A DNA stretch of 64,000 nt from contig JACRJU010000013.1 in the NCBI GenBank assembly GCA_016219925.1, forward strand, positions 980-64,979, written 5' to 3'. The position numbers and the translations under genes are program-made. Of the stretch, positions 55,404-64,000 are shown piece by piece (position 1 is the stretch's first letter; every line of letters begins with the position of its first letter). This stretch comes from Candidatus Uhrbacteria bacterium (GTDB lineage Bacteria > Patescibacteriota > Patescibacteriia > UBA9934 > GWF2-40-263). The notes under the pieces were generated by a model. That model did no database searches. It had not been told where the DNA came from and saw nothing but the letters and a program-made list of their open reading frames with translations.

Positions 55404-57536
55404 ATGTCGGCCCGCATCACGCATCTGTTCGCGAGCCTCGTGCTCGCGGTTTCTCTCGTGTCCGTCGGCTGCGTCGTGGACGACGGAGGCCATCGCGTCG
55501 CCGACGGCGGCGCGATCAGCAGTTCGCCCGACGCGGCGAACTACGCCACCAAGGCCTTCCCGCTCAAGGACCTGACCACGGGCCTCGCGGCCGCGTGTAC
55601 GCCGGTCACCGGCGACGACAACTGCAACGCCGAAGGGCCGGGCGGCCAGAAGCTTTTCTGTGCCGCAGATCACCTGTGCTACTTCGCCAAGGCCGACGGC
55701 GGGTGCACGTACCCGCAGCTCGGCGGAGGAACGAAGACCTGCGTCTACACCGCCTGCGCCAAGGACGCCGACTGCGCTCTCGCGAATCCCGACCCGGATC
55801 ACCTGACCGGTACCTGCATCTTCACGGTGCAGTCCAGCGTCAGCGACGAGGGAGGAGAATGCGGGTTCTTCTACAAGGACTGTTCGGCCGCGGCAGGGAC
55901 GCCCTGCCAGGTCGACGGCTTCTTGACCTGCGCCAACAACGTCTGCACCTGTTCGGTGTCGTCCGACCTCTCCAAGGCGGTCACCGAGGTCTGCGACAAC
56001 GTCGACAACAACTGCAACGGGCAGACCGACGAGACGTTCAGCCTTGGTGCGGCCTGCGACGGCGCGGACGCCGACCAGTGCAAGCATGGCACCCTTCAGT
56101 GCAGTCAAGACGGCCTCTCGACCGTCTGCACAAACGAGACCGTCCAGAACATCGCCGAGACCTGCAACGGCGTTGACGACGACTGCGACAACGCGATCGA
56201 CGAGGACTTCCCGACGCTCGGGCAGGCCTGCGACGGCGCGGACGCCGACCAGTGCAAGAACGGCGTGCTCGTATGCAGCAATGACGGCAAGGGCGTCGCC
56301 TGCGAGGAAGTCGGCAAGAACGTCGAGGAAGCCTGCAACGGCGTCGACGACGACTGCGACGGGCAGACCGACGAGGGCTGCGACGATGACAAGGACGGCT
56401 ACTGCGACGCCTCGATGGCGTTCGCCTCCGGCGCGGCCTGCCAGAAGGGCGACTGCAATGACGCCGACAAGACCATCCACCCGGGCGCCACCGAGATGTG
56501 CAACGGCGTGGATGACGACTGCAACGCGCAGACCGACGAGATCTTCCCGCTTGGGCAGACCTGCTCGGACGGCCTGGGCGTCTGCAAGGTCAGCGGCACC
56601 TACAACGCCTGCGCGCAGGACGGCCTCTCGGCCAAGTGTTCGGTCACGGCCGACCTTTCCAAGGCGGCCACCGAGATCTGTGACGGCGTCGACAACAACT
56701 GCGACGGCAAGACCGACGAGGGCTGCGACGACGACAACGATGGCTGGTGTGATGCCTCGATGGCGTTCGCCTCCGGCGCGGCCTGCCAGAAGGGCGACTG
56801 CAACGACGCCAGCGTCGGCATCAACGGAGCGGCCACCGAGATCTGCGACGGCGTCGACAACAACTGCGACGGCAAGACCGACGAGGGTTGCGACGACGAC
56901 GCAGACGGCTACTGCGACGCCACGATGCTCGTCGGCACGGGTGCGGCCTGCAAAGGAAGCGCCGGCAAGGGCACGGACTGCGACGACACCAAGGCCGACG
57001 TTCATCCCGACCAGGAGGAGGTCTGCTCGACCTCCTACGACGACAACTGCGACGGCCTCATCGACCTCAAGGCCGATGGCAAGACGCCCGTGTGCAACGC
57101 GTGCTTCTCGGCCGTGACGATCGCCTGCGGCGACGTCGTCGAAATCGACATGGCGAAGAACGCGAACGCGTTCAACGCCATCAACTCCTACGCGTGCTGG
57201 TCTCAGCTCGGAACGCCCAAGACCCTCAAGAGCGTCTTCGACGCCCCAGAGGTCGTGGTCGTTCCGGACGCCCCCGCCGGCACCAAGTTCTCGCTGAAGA
57301 TCGTGTCGAGCGACAAGCCCGTGCTCGCGACGATGCTTCACGGCTCGTGCCAGGCGGACGCGGGAACCAAGGCCGTGACGCCCTACAACGCGGGCGCGGG
57401 CCTCACCGGCACCTGCGCCGACTACACCATCGGCGGTGCGGTCAGCGGTGGCGTCGTGGGCCAGGACTTCGCGGCTCTGGACGCCCTGTCCGCGACCAAG
57501 GTGAAGGTTCGCTTCACCTGCGTCACCACGCCCTAG
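55404..57536 (+). CDS. GC-rich secreted Cys-rich protein with at least 12 MopE-like/EGF-like repeats and a C-terminal ~180-aa domain
   Basis: GGGAGG SD 5 nt upstream of ATG 55404 (MSARITHLFASLVLAVSLVSVGC). Repeats EVCDNVDNNCNGQTDE..., GDCNDADKTIHPGATEMCNGVDDDCNAQTDE. The antisense ORF 55365-57341 is rejected. Confidence 0.7.
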   Translation: MSARITHLFASLVLAVSLVSVGCVVDDGGHRVADGGAISSSPDAANYATKAFPLKDLTTGLAAACTPVTGDDNCNAEGPGGQKLFCAADHLCYFAKADGGCTYPQLGGGTKTCVYTACAKDADCALANPDPDHLTGTCIFTVQSSVSDEGGECGFFYKDCSAAAGTPCQVDGFLTCANNVCTCSVSSDLSKAVTEVCDNVDNNCNGQTDETFSLGAACDGADADQCKHGTLQCSQDGLSTVCTNETVQNIAETCNGVDDDCDNAIDEDFPTLGQACDGADADQCKNGVLVCSNDGKGVACEEVGKNVEEACNGVDDDCDGQTDEGCDDDKDGYCDASMAFASGAACQKGDCNDADKTIHPGATEMCNGVDDDCNAQTDEIFPLGQTCSDGLGVCKVSGTYNACAQDGLSAKCSVTADLSKAATEICDGVDNNCDGKTDEGCDDDNDGWCDASMAFASGAACQKGDCNDASVGINGAATEICDGVDNNCDGKTDEGCDDDADGYCDATMLVGTGAACKGSAGKGTDCDDTKADVHPDQEEVCSTSYDDNCDGLIDLKADGKTPVCNACFSAVTIACGDVVEIDMAKNANAFNAINSYACWSQLGTPKTLKSVFDAPEVVVVPDAPAGTKFSLKIVSSDKPVLATMLHGSCQADAGTKAVTPYNAGAGLTGTCADYTIGGAVSGGVVGQDFAALDALSATKVKVRFTCVTTP

Positions 57537-57554
57537 CGGCGCAACACTTCCCGG

Positions 57555-57588
57555 TCGGTCAGCTCTGCTGATCGGCCGATTTTTTTTG
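57555..57588 (+). terminator. rho-independent terminator at the right edge of the GC-rich island
   Basis: TCGGTCAGC-TCT-GCTGATCGG stem (with two G-U pairs) followed by T8. Confidence 0.45.
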
Positions 57589-57636
57589 CGTGTTCTTATT
57601 CAGCCTCCTTAGCCCTTTTCATGATACAATTCTTTC

Positions 57637-59187
57637 ATGATCAACTTGCAGGCCGTTTATTTTCAATCAGAAGTCACGGCGCGACGATCTCTCTTCGCCC
57701 TTTTGGGTTTTTTGATTGTGCTTCTTATTATCGAGTCGGTCGTGTCGCCTTGGGTTGCTCTTGGGGTTCTCATTGCGGCCATCATGGTCGTTGGAGCGTT
57801 CATTTCACCCACCCTCGTTTTAGGATTTCTTGCAATCTATTTGCCCTTCGAGCCGCTCGTGCTGAAGTTTGTTCCAGACGCTCTGTATGTTTTTTCCCGA
57901 TTTTTTTCCGAAGGAGCAATTTATTTATTGGTTGTGGTCGTGGCGTGGCGATGGATTTCCGGACGCCTCACGTCTGAGCGCACGTCTTTGAATCTCCCCT
58001 TTGGTCTGTTCATTCTGGCTCTCTTGTCCGCCGCGGCCGTTCACGCCGTTCCGCTTTCGATCACCGCGCTTGGCTTGCGGCAGATTCTGCGTTTTCCGAT
58101 CATCTTTTTTTTGGTTGTGGCTCTGCGCCCGTCCAAGGCTTTCATTCAAAAACTCACGTTCGCGCTGTTTATCATTTTGCTTATTCAATCCGCGTTAGGC
58201 ATCGCCCAGTATTTTATCGGACAAAGGCTCGACTCGCTTCTTATTGCATCGGACACACGTTCCTTTGGTGAACTCACCCTCACAAGCGGCGTCGAGCAGT
58301 TTTGGGATCCGGGTTCGCGGGTGTTTGCCACGCTTGGGCGCTATGATCGTTTGGGAAATTTTCTTTATCTCGTTTTATTGATCGCTTCCGGCTTTCTTTT
58401 TACTTTTGAAAAAAAATCTCCTCACATGCATCGTCTCTTGTGGTGGGTATTTGCTCTGGGGATCCCCACACTTGTGCTGACGTATTCGCGGTCGTCGTGG
58501 TTTGCTTTTTTGATTGGGTTTTTATTTATCGGACTTATCATCAAGCGTGATAAAAAAGTTTTTGCGGGTCTGCTCGCGTCGGTGCTTATTATTCTTGGTT
58601 ATCTTGCCGCTTCAGGTATCACGGTGGATTTACTCGCAGAAGCGCCAGGACAAACTGTGACAGAACGATTTTTTGAGGCGTTTAGTTATACCCGATGGCG
58701 GGGAGAATATTTCGGTCTCGGTCGGGTCTTTTGGTATGTACAAACCCCAGCCACGGTTATTGTGGCTTCGCCGATCTTGGGGTGGGGAGCCGGGCAATTT
58801 GGCGGTGGCGCCGTCGCCGCGCTTCACAACACGCGTGTGTACGATGAACTCGATCTCCCGTTTGGCATTTTTGGAACGGAAGGACATATCGATAACAACT
58901 GGTTTTCGCTATGGGGTGAAGCCGGCACGCTCGGGCTCGTTTTCTTTATTTGGATGGGGATGGCCCTTTGGCGCGAGGCTTTGCGAACCTATTACACTTC
59001 TTCCGATCCTTATGTTAAAGGATTAGCTATTGGCCTGTGTGCAATCTTGCTTGCGGTATCGTTTAACGGGTTTACTTCGACGATTTTTGAAATTCGCACG
59101 GTCGGGTTTTATGTGTGGATGTATGGAGGGATGGTGTGGGTGTTGAGGGAAAATGGGAAAAGGAGTTATGGGGAACAACGGCGATGA
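57637..59187 (+). CDS. O-antigen ligase / Wzy-like polymerase family integral membrane protein
   Basis: About 11 TM helices. A large periplasmic loop carries the (TYSRSSWFAFLIGFLFIG) motif region typical of the O-antigen ligase/Wzy_C family. Confidence 0.7.
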   Translation: MINLQAVYFQSEVTARRSLFALLGFLIVLLIIESVVSPWVALGVLIAAIMVVGAFISPTLVLGFLAIYLPFEPLVLKFVPDALYVFSRFFSEGAIYLLVVVVAWRWISGRLTSERTSLNLPFGLFILALLSAAAVHAVPLSITALGLRQILRFPIIFFLVVALRPSKAFIQKLTFALFIILLIQSALGIAQYFIGQRLDSLLIASDTRSFGELTLTSGVEQFWDPGSRVFATLGRYDRLGNFLYLVLLIASGFLFTFEKKSPHMHRLLWWVFALGIPTLVLTYSRSSWFAFLIGFLFIGLIIKRDKKVFAGLLASVLIILGYLAASGITVDLLAEAPGQTVTERFFEAFSYTRWRGEYFGLGRVFWYVQTPATVIVASPILGWGAGQFGGGAVAALHNTRVYDELDLPFGIFGTEGHIDNNWFSLWGEAGTLGLVFFIWMGMALWREALRTYYTSSDPYVKGLAIGLCAILLAVSFNGFTSTIFEIRTVGFYVWMYGGMVWVLRENGKRSYGEQRR

Positions 59188-59194
59188 GTCCGTT

Positions 59195-60421
59195 ATGCGT
59201 ATCATTCTCGCGAACAAGTTTTACTATCCCCGTGGAGGGGCAGAGACCTATCTGCTTTCGCTTTCGTATTGGCTTAGCGCGCATGGCCACGAGGTGATTC
59301 CGTTTGCAATGCAACATCCGGAAAATTTGCAGACGCCTTTTGCAAAATACTTCGTCAGCCAAATCAACACGGACGCGCATCAGCCCCTTTCGTGGCTGGA
59401 GCGTTTGCACACGTTTGGTCGCATGATGTATTCGCTTGAGGCCCGTCGCAACATGGCCACACTCATTTTTCACGAGCATCCAGACCTCTGTCACATCCAC
59501 AACATTTATACGCAAATTTCTCCATCCATTTTGGATACCTTGTCCGATCAGCGCGTGCCTGTGGTGATGACCGTTCATGATCATCATCTCATTTCGCCCC
59601 AGTACAATATCTGGGCGGCTGGATGTGGTCCGGACAGGCGCAAGGTCGGTCTGGTGCGTGGCACGCTATCTCGATTTCATCAACACTCGTATGCCGCATC
59701 ATTCGCACAGGTGGCGGCGTATAAACTCCATCGCGCTCTCAAGCTCTATGCACGCGGAGTGAAATTATTTATCACGCCCAGCGCCTATCTCAAACGTCAG
59801 CTTGTGGCGGGGGGATTTCCGTCGGAGCATATTCACGTGAATCCGTATGGGATCGATACCCGTACGATTGCTCCGCACTACGAGCACGACGGATCGTTTT
59901 TGTATGTGGGGCGTTTGAGCGAAGAAAAGGGAGTCGAGCTTATTGTCACCATTGCCAAATTGTTGCCTGACCTTCGATTCAAGATTGTTGGCCGCGGGCC
60001 GCACATGGAATTTTTGCACCGGTTGGCGATCGGTGTGGACAATGTGGAGTTTTTAGGATTCCGATCCGGCGAAGAGCTCAATATGTTATATCGCAACGCT
60101 TGCGCGCTATTGGTTCCCTCGCGCGTACACGAAGTGTTTCCGCTCACGATTCTTGAAGCCATGGCTTATGGCAAGCCGGTCATCGCGAGCCATGTTGGCG
60201 GGATTCCCGAGATCGTGCAGGATCGTTCAAACGGGTTTCTCGTCTCGCCGACGGACGTGTATGGGTGGACAGAGGCGATTTTACGCTTGGCTTATGATCA
60301 AACTCTGCAACAAAATTTTTCCCGATCCGCCCGTGCTTCTGTTGAAGAACAGTTTCGTTTGGATGATCATTACCGCCGACTCCTCACCATCTATCAAGAA
60401 GTGATGCCCAGGCAGGGATAG
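59195..60421 (+). CDS. family-4 glycosyltransferase (GT4)
   Basis: ATG 59195 (MRIILANKFYYPRGGAETYL). C-terminal EX7E-type motif region (FPLTILEAMAYGKPVIASHVGGIPEIV). Confidence 0.85.
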   Translation: MRIILANKFYYPRGGAETYLLSLSYWLSAHGHEVIPFAMQHPENLQTPFAKYFVSQINTDAHQPLSWLERLHTFGRMMYSLEARRNMATLIFHEHPDLCHIHNIYTQISPSILDTLSDQRVPVVMTVHDHHLISPQYNIWAAGCGPDRRKVGLVRGTLSRFHQHSYAASFAQVAAYKLHRALKLYARGVKLFITPSAYLKRQLVAGGFPSEHIHVNPYGIDTRTIAPHYEHDGSFLYVGRLSEEKGVELIVTIAKLLPDLRFKIVGRGPHMEFLHRLAIGVDNVEFLGFRSGEELNMLYRNACALLVPSRVHEVFPLTILEAMAYGKPVIASHVGGIPEIVQDRSNGFLVSPTDVYGWTEAILRLAYDQTLQQNFSRSARASVEEQFRLDDHYRRLLTIYQEVMPRQG

Positions 60422-60451
60422 CAAAAACACCCGTCTGGGTAGGCGGGTGTT

Positions 60452-61606
60452 TTACGCCGCGACGTCTTTGAGTTGCGGCTCGAGCTGGATCAACTCATAA
60501 AGATATTCCGTTGTTTCGGCGATGTCTTTCCAGTCGTAGGTTTTGGAGATGTGTGCGCGGGCGCGTTTTCCAATCTCTCGGACATCCTCGGGATTTTCTA
60601 ACAGTTCAATCATTTTCGCTTTAAGATCTGTGATGGATCCGCGGCGGAAGGACAGACCGTAGTTTTCAGTCAGTTCAAGGTTTTCAGGAATGTCAGAGGA
60701 GAGCACGCACTTGCCATAGCTCATCGCTTCAAGCACCGCAATCGGAAGACCTTCAGATTCGGAAGGATGCACGCAGGCATAGCTGTTGAGGAACAACGCA
60801 TGGAGTGTTGAACCCGTTTGCGTGCCCGTGAGCACGATGGAATCGTCGCCTTGAGCCATGCGGCGCAGTTTTTTCACATAATCATCCGTAAAGGCACTGC
60901 CGCCGACGATCGCAAGCTTCAGCCCGCGGGTGAGATCCGGACGCTCGCGCACGAGACGTTTCCAAGCATCAATAAGCAAGTGGGCGCCTTTGTGTTTCAC
61001 CAGTCGTGAACACATCATCAGATACTTGCCCGGCTCAAGACCAAATCCCTGGACCACGGCCGGATCGGCATCGGCTTGCGGAATTTGTGTTCCGTTTGGA
61101 ATGTATTTGGCATTGGTGCCGTAGGACATGCGGCAGTAGGTTTCCAGCGTTTTAGAAACCGCGATGGTTGCATCCGGAAAAGTCACGGCAGAGCGTTCGC
61201 CAAGCGCGAGCATGGTGCGTGCGAACCATCCCCATTTTTGGTGGTGACGATCAATACAGTGAAAGGTGACGATCACCTTTGCCGACGGGCGCAAGAGTTT
61301 CGGAAGCCAGGCAAGCAAGGCCGGGCCAACACCATGAATGTGAAAGACATCCACTTTTTCGTAAGCGGCTCGAACGATCGACGTAAACGTATGAATGATC
61401 GCGTCCAAGTGTTTAGTGGCGATGGTTGGGGTTTTGATACAACGAACGCCCCGATGATTGCGAATCGGCCACACATACCACGAACGACAAAACACGAGGA
61501 CTTCATGTCCCCGCGCGGCAAGCTCGGCGGAAAGCTCTTCCACGTGGCGTTCGATACCGCCCGCTCGAGCTGGAATCCCTTTTTGACCGATCATGGCGAT
61601 CTTCAT
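60452..61606 (-). CDS. family-4 glycosyltransferase (GT4), second copy
   Basis: MKIAMIGQKGIPARAGGIERHVEELSAELAARGHEV. C-terminal GLPIAVLEAMSYGKCVLSSDIPEN. Confidence 0.85.
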   Translation of the reverse strand: MKIAMIGQKGIPARAGGIERHVEELSAELAARGHEVLVFCRSWYVWPIRNHRGVRCIKTPTIATKHLDAIIHTFTSIVRAAYEKVDVFHIHGVGPALLAWLPKLLRPSAKVIVTFHCIDRHHQKWGWFARTMLALGERSAVTFPDATIAVSKTLETYCRMSYGTNAKYIPNGTQIPQADADPAVVQGFGLEPGKYLMMCSRLVKHKGAHLLIDAWKRLVRERPDLTRGLKLAIVGGSAFTDDYVKKLRRMAQGDDSIVLTGTQTGSTLHALFLNSYACVHPSESEGLPIAVLEAMSYGKCVLSSDIPENLELTENYGLSFRRGSITDLKAKMIELLENPEDVREIGKRARAHISKTYDWKDIAETTEYLYELIQLEPQLKDVAA

Positions 61607-61708
61607 AGGCGTTCATTTGAACGGGAAATATTACCATAAAACCCCCTTTTTGTCAATCAATTCTATCAAAAAAGCCCGCTTTATCAACTGGCTTTTTTTA
61701 GGCTGATT

Positions 61709-63502
61709 TTACTCACGTTTTAGCAAGGCTTTGGCAGTCGGGGCGCTGGAGAACACGGGTTCTCTGGTCCAGCCGTCTGTTGCCGTCAGGCGGATATCTT
61801 TGAGCAATATGGGCGCGGAGGAGCTTGCGACTTGCGGGGTGATGCCAAGTTCGAAGGCGATTCCGACTATTTTGCTGATGGGGGAGAGGGTTGGGTCAAT
61901 TCGAGAAGACGTCCAGCTTAGTGTTCGCGTGTCCGGATCGAATGAGACCGAGCTATTTTGCGAAACGGTTTGTCGACCGGTAAAGCGTACCCCCGGCGGA
62001 AGGGTGCCTTCGATGCGCACATCGTTCAGTTCATTTGTGGTCGAACCAATATGCCAGAACACCCAGTAGGTTGTTTCTTTGCCCGCTTGCGGAGGCACGG
62101 GTCCGCGACCGATTTGATCGCCGCCGGGCGTGAGGTATCGCACGAACGATTCAAAACGGATTGGCGTGGACAGCGGGGAAGTGAGAGGAGCGCTCTTGGA
62201 GATCACCTGTTGCTCCGTGCCATCGCCCATTTGATAGGTTGCAGTTGCGAGCGTGTTTCCGATCAGATGTTCGTAGGCGGAAAGTTCGCTGGTCCCAACC
62301 GTTGTGCGAACCACGGCTTTTACCTCGACCGTGCCTTCTTGGCCGGGTTGGAGGGTATCGATTTTTTCTGTCGCTGAAATTTTTACAAAAGGTGAATCCG
62401 ATTCAAGTCCGAGCTCAACGTTGCTTACCGGAAAAGCGGCCGTGTTTTTATAGTGAATCGAGAACGGAGTTTCTGCTCCCGGATGGAGGGTGTGATCGGG
62501 AGTGTCGATGGTGAGCGTCACAGGCAGAGGAACGATTGGAGCTGTATGTGTCAGCGTTTCTTGCCGATAGCGCTCATCTCCAAAGGTAAATGACGGATGA
62601 AAAACAAAGGTGACTTGTTCTGGGTTCGATTGAAGTGTTCCCTTGAAGTGGAGAACTCCTTGCCCCCCGGCTTTTACTTGTGGAATTTCAAATTGTCCTG
62701 CGCGCAGGGGGACATCCGCACTTTTGAACACAAAGCCCTCAGGCCACTGTGGCAAAATACTGACCGTCGGGAAATCGACGCCACTGGTATTTTCGTAGCG
62801 GACGGTTCCTTCAATCGGTTGATAACTGATAAGACGTTCGGGCAGTTCAAGAGAAAGCGTCAGAGCCGATTTAACTGGTGAAAAAATCTGCCAATCAATT
62901 TTTTCTCCTGGCTCATCTCGGTCTTTGCCATGAACGAACGTGAGTTTCGTTTCAAAAGCTTGTTCTCCGCCAACATCGCCAAAGAGGGTGCCTTTCATGT
63001 GGATGGTTCCCGTGGTGGATGGGGGGATCGTGCCAAGCGAGATGCGGTTTTCTTCGATCAACTCGCCTTGTTCAGACGAGAGTTGATCGAGGAGAAAATG
63101 TTTGGGGAAGGTGATTTCCAATTCCGCGTTACGCAGATTTTCGTCCGTGCCGTTGGTGTAATGAATAACAAGGGTGGAAGAGGCACCGGTGGTCACTTCG
63201 CGCGGAGCGATGGAAGCGTCAAAAGCGATCCGGCTGACGAAGACGCCGGGGAGGAAAAAGGTCGCGTAAATCGCTACGCTCGCTAATGCCAGGACAATCC
63301 CAACGAGCGCTACGTCAATTCCAAAGATGATGCGAGAAAATCGATAGCGATTCTTATAATGAAATTCAAACCAGTGGTGCAGGGGATAGAGCACCATTTT
63401 TCCCGGATGCACCGACAAGCAAATCGCTCGGCCGATGGCCGAATCCGGCTTGCCAACCGAGTCGCACGCGATGCCTTTTTTTATGTTGTCGTAAAGAGAC
63501 AT
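61709..63502 (-). CDS. membrane-anchored large extracytoplasmic beta-rich protein (hypothetical) in the polysaccharide/cell-surface locus
   Basis: N-terminal TM (IIFGIDVALVGIVLALASVAIYATFF) followed by about 520 aa of repetitive beta-strand-like sequence. No enzymatic motif recognised. Confidence 0.6.
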   Translation of the reverse strand: MSLYDNIKKGIACDSVGKPDSAIGRAICLSVHPGKMVLYPLHHWFEFHYKNRYRFSRIIFGIDVALVGIVLALASVAIYATFFLPGVFVSRIAFDASIAPREVTTGASSTLVIHYTNGTDENLRNAELEITFPKHFLLDQLSSEQGELIEENRISLGTIPPSTTGTIHMKGTLFGDVGGEQAFETKLTFVHGKDRDEPGEKIDWQIFSPVKSALTLSLELPERLISYQPIEGTVRYENTSGVDFPTVSILPQWPEGFVFKSADVPLRAGQFEIPQVKAGGQGVLHFKGTLQSNPEQVTFVFHPSFTFGDERYRQETLTHTAPIVPLPVTLTIDTPDHTLHPGAETPFSIHYKNTAAFPVSNVELGLESDSPFVKISATEKIDTLQPGQEGTVEVKAVVRTTVGTSELSAYEHLIGNTLATATYQMGDGTEQQVISKSAPLTSPLSTPIRFESFVRYLTPGGDQIGRGPVPPQAGKETTYWVFWHIGSTTNELNDVRIEGTLPPGVRFTGRQTVSQNSSVSFDPDTRTLSWTSSRIDPTLSPISKIVGIAFELGITPQVASSSAPILLKDIRLTATDGWTREPVFSSAPTAKALLKRE

Positions 63503-63516
63503 ATCTAGAAGATATC

Positions 63517-64000
63517 TTACGGCCCAAATCCACTTAACGTAAATACATCGGTTGTGAGTCCGATCACCTCCGCTTTGCCATCGTGATCCAAATCCGCCGC
63601 GACGATTTCGAGTCCGCGCTTCTGTTTTTTATCGTACGCGTAAAATTCTGCCTTCTTTTTTCCGTCCCGATCATAAATGCGCGCAAGAGGCGGCCCGCCG
63701 AGTCCGGGGCCGGTGATGACCTCATCAACGCCGTCTCCATCCACATCGGCCGATGCGACATTCACGCCGCCTCGGAAATTTGGGTCATAGGCGAAAAATC
63801 CTGGGTTGATGAGCGTGCCATCTTTTTTATACACGCGGATATGTGGTCCGCCGCCATATCCGGCTCCGGCGATGATTTCTTTGATGCCATCTCCGTTGAG
63901 ATCACCAACCGCCACGTTCACCCCGCCGCGAAAATTTTTCGCATACGCGAAAAATCCCGGATTGATTAACACGCCATCTTTATTAAACACTCGAATGTGC
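63517..64000 (-). CDS. FG-GAP/VCBS-repeat protein, 5'-partial; the gene continues beyond the window end
   Basis: Repeats GDLNGDGIKEIIAGAGYGGGPHIRVYKKDG, ADVDGDGVDEVITGPGLGGPP, ADLDHDGKAEVI. The reading frame stays open through position 64000 (...HIRVFNKDG). Confidence 0.7.
   Translation of the reverse strand, partial: HIRVFNKDGVLINPGFFAYAKNFRGGVNVAVGDLNGDGIKEIIAGAGYGGGPHIRVYKKDGTLINPGFFAYDPNFRGGVNVASADVDGDGVDEVITGPGLGGPPLARIYDRDGKKKAEFYAYDKKQKRGLEIVAADLDHDGKAEVIGLTTDVFTLSGFGP

Noticed and set aside
48692-57341. Very long antisense or alternative-frame ORFs in the GC-rich island (48692-50215 minus, 50771-51838 minus, 50803-51834 plus, 53416-54657 minus, 55365-57341 minus, 56044-57117 plus)
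   Set aside because: High GC removes stop codons in all frames. These translations are Arg/Ala/Gly-rich without motifs. The chosen plus-strand frames have SDs, signal peptides or lipoboxes and a regular Cys/Asp repeat structure.
1-64000. CRISPR arrays, rRNA genes, IS elements or transposases
   Set aside because: Scanned for regular short direct repeats with unique spacers, rRNA-like conserved blocks and transposase or integrase ORFs. None were found. The repeats present are coding repeats or the R1/R2 leaders, not CRISPR.

Overview
This 64-kb window looks like a fragment of a small-genome, roughly 50 % GC bacterium. The gene content and the recurring pilin-like modules (tentatively TrbC/VirB2-like, recalled from memory) suggest a CPR/Patescibacteria-type lineage, but that is inference.

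Housekeeping genes form the backbone:
- rel (partial), topA, dprA, pth, der and an LCP-family gene, all on the minus strand at 1-8,470.
- tRNA-Val, an htrA-like protease, lepB, hisS, rpsU, ybeY-dgkA, ftsA-ftsZ, nrdR, a second htrA-like gene and pyk.
- tRNA-Asp, rluB, the infC-rpmI-rplT operon, smpB and the tmRNA gene ssrA.

Three unusual blocks stand out.

1. At 12.85-28.3 kb there is a surface-protein cluster. Three consecutive genes carry the same signal-peptide plus two-helix pilin-like module.
   - The first is a YqeY/GatB-domain protein with the module fused at its C-terminus.
   - The second is a 617-aa Ig-domain protein with the module at its N-terminus.
   - The third is a ~3,390-aa giant protein with IPT/Ig domains, Myxococcus-type Cys-rich repeats and a C-terminal vWA (MIDAS) domain.
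   - The first two genes share a 22-nt motif immediately after their stop codons. A ~127-nt palindromic element lies between the second and third genes.
   - Three tandem membrane proteins with TSP3-like Ca-binding repeats follow at 25.9-28.3 kb.

2. Several compositional islands interrupt the backbone.
   - A ~9-kb island at 48.6-57.5 kb is about 65-70 % GC. It sits between wzz-like and wzy/GT4 polysaccharide genes.
   - It encodes five paralogous secreted proteins (four with lipobox-like signals) built from MopE-like Cys/Asp repeats.
   - Two of these genes sit behind duplicated, highly structured ~105-nt leaders in which an upstream CCCUCCGGGG pairs with the Shine-Dalgarno GGAGGG. Each leader has an AT-rich sigma70-like promoter upstream.
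   - A GC-rich secreted TIM-barrel-like hydrolase gene (41.9-42.9 kb) lies between smpB and the 3' end of ssrA, a classic island integration site.
   - A GC-rich Pro/Ala-rich membrane protein gene lies at 38.8-39.7 kb.
   - A small GC-rich ORF at 10.1-10.5 kb has its own promoter and terminator.
   - An AT-rich region next to tRNA-Asp (36.0-37.9 kb) holds truncated galU-like and GT2 fragments joined at an A6 homopolymer.

3. No integrase, transposase, CRISPR array or rRNA gene was recognised, so an assembly chimera has to be considered for the islands.

A third HtrA-like/PDZ protein at 46.5-47.6 kb appears to lack the catalytic His.
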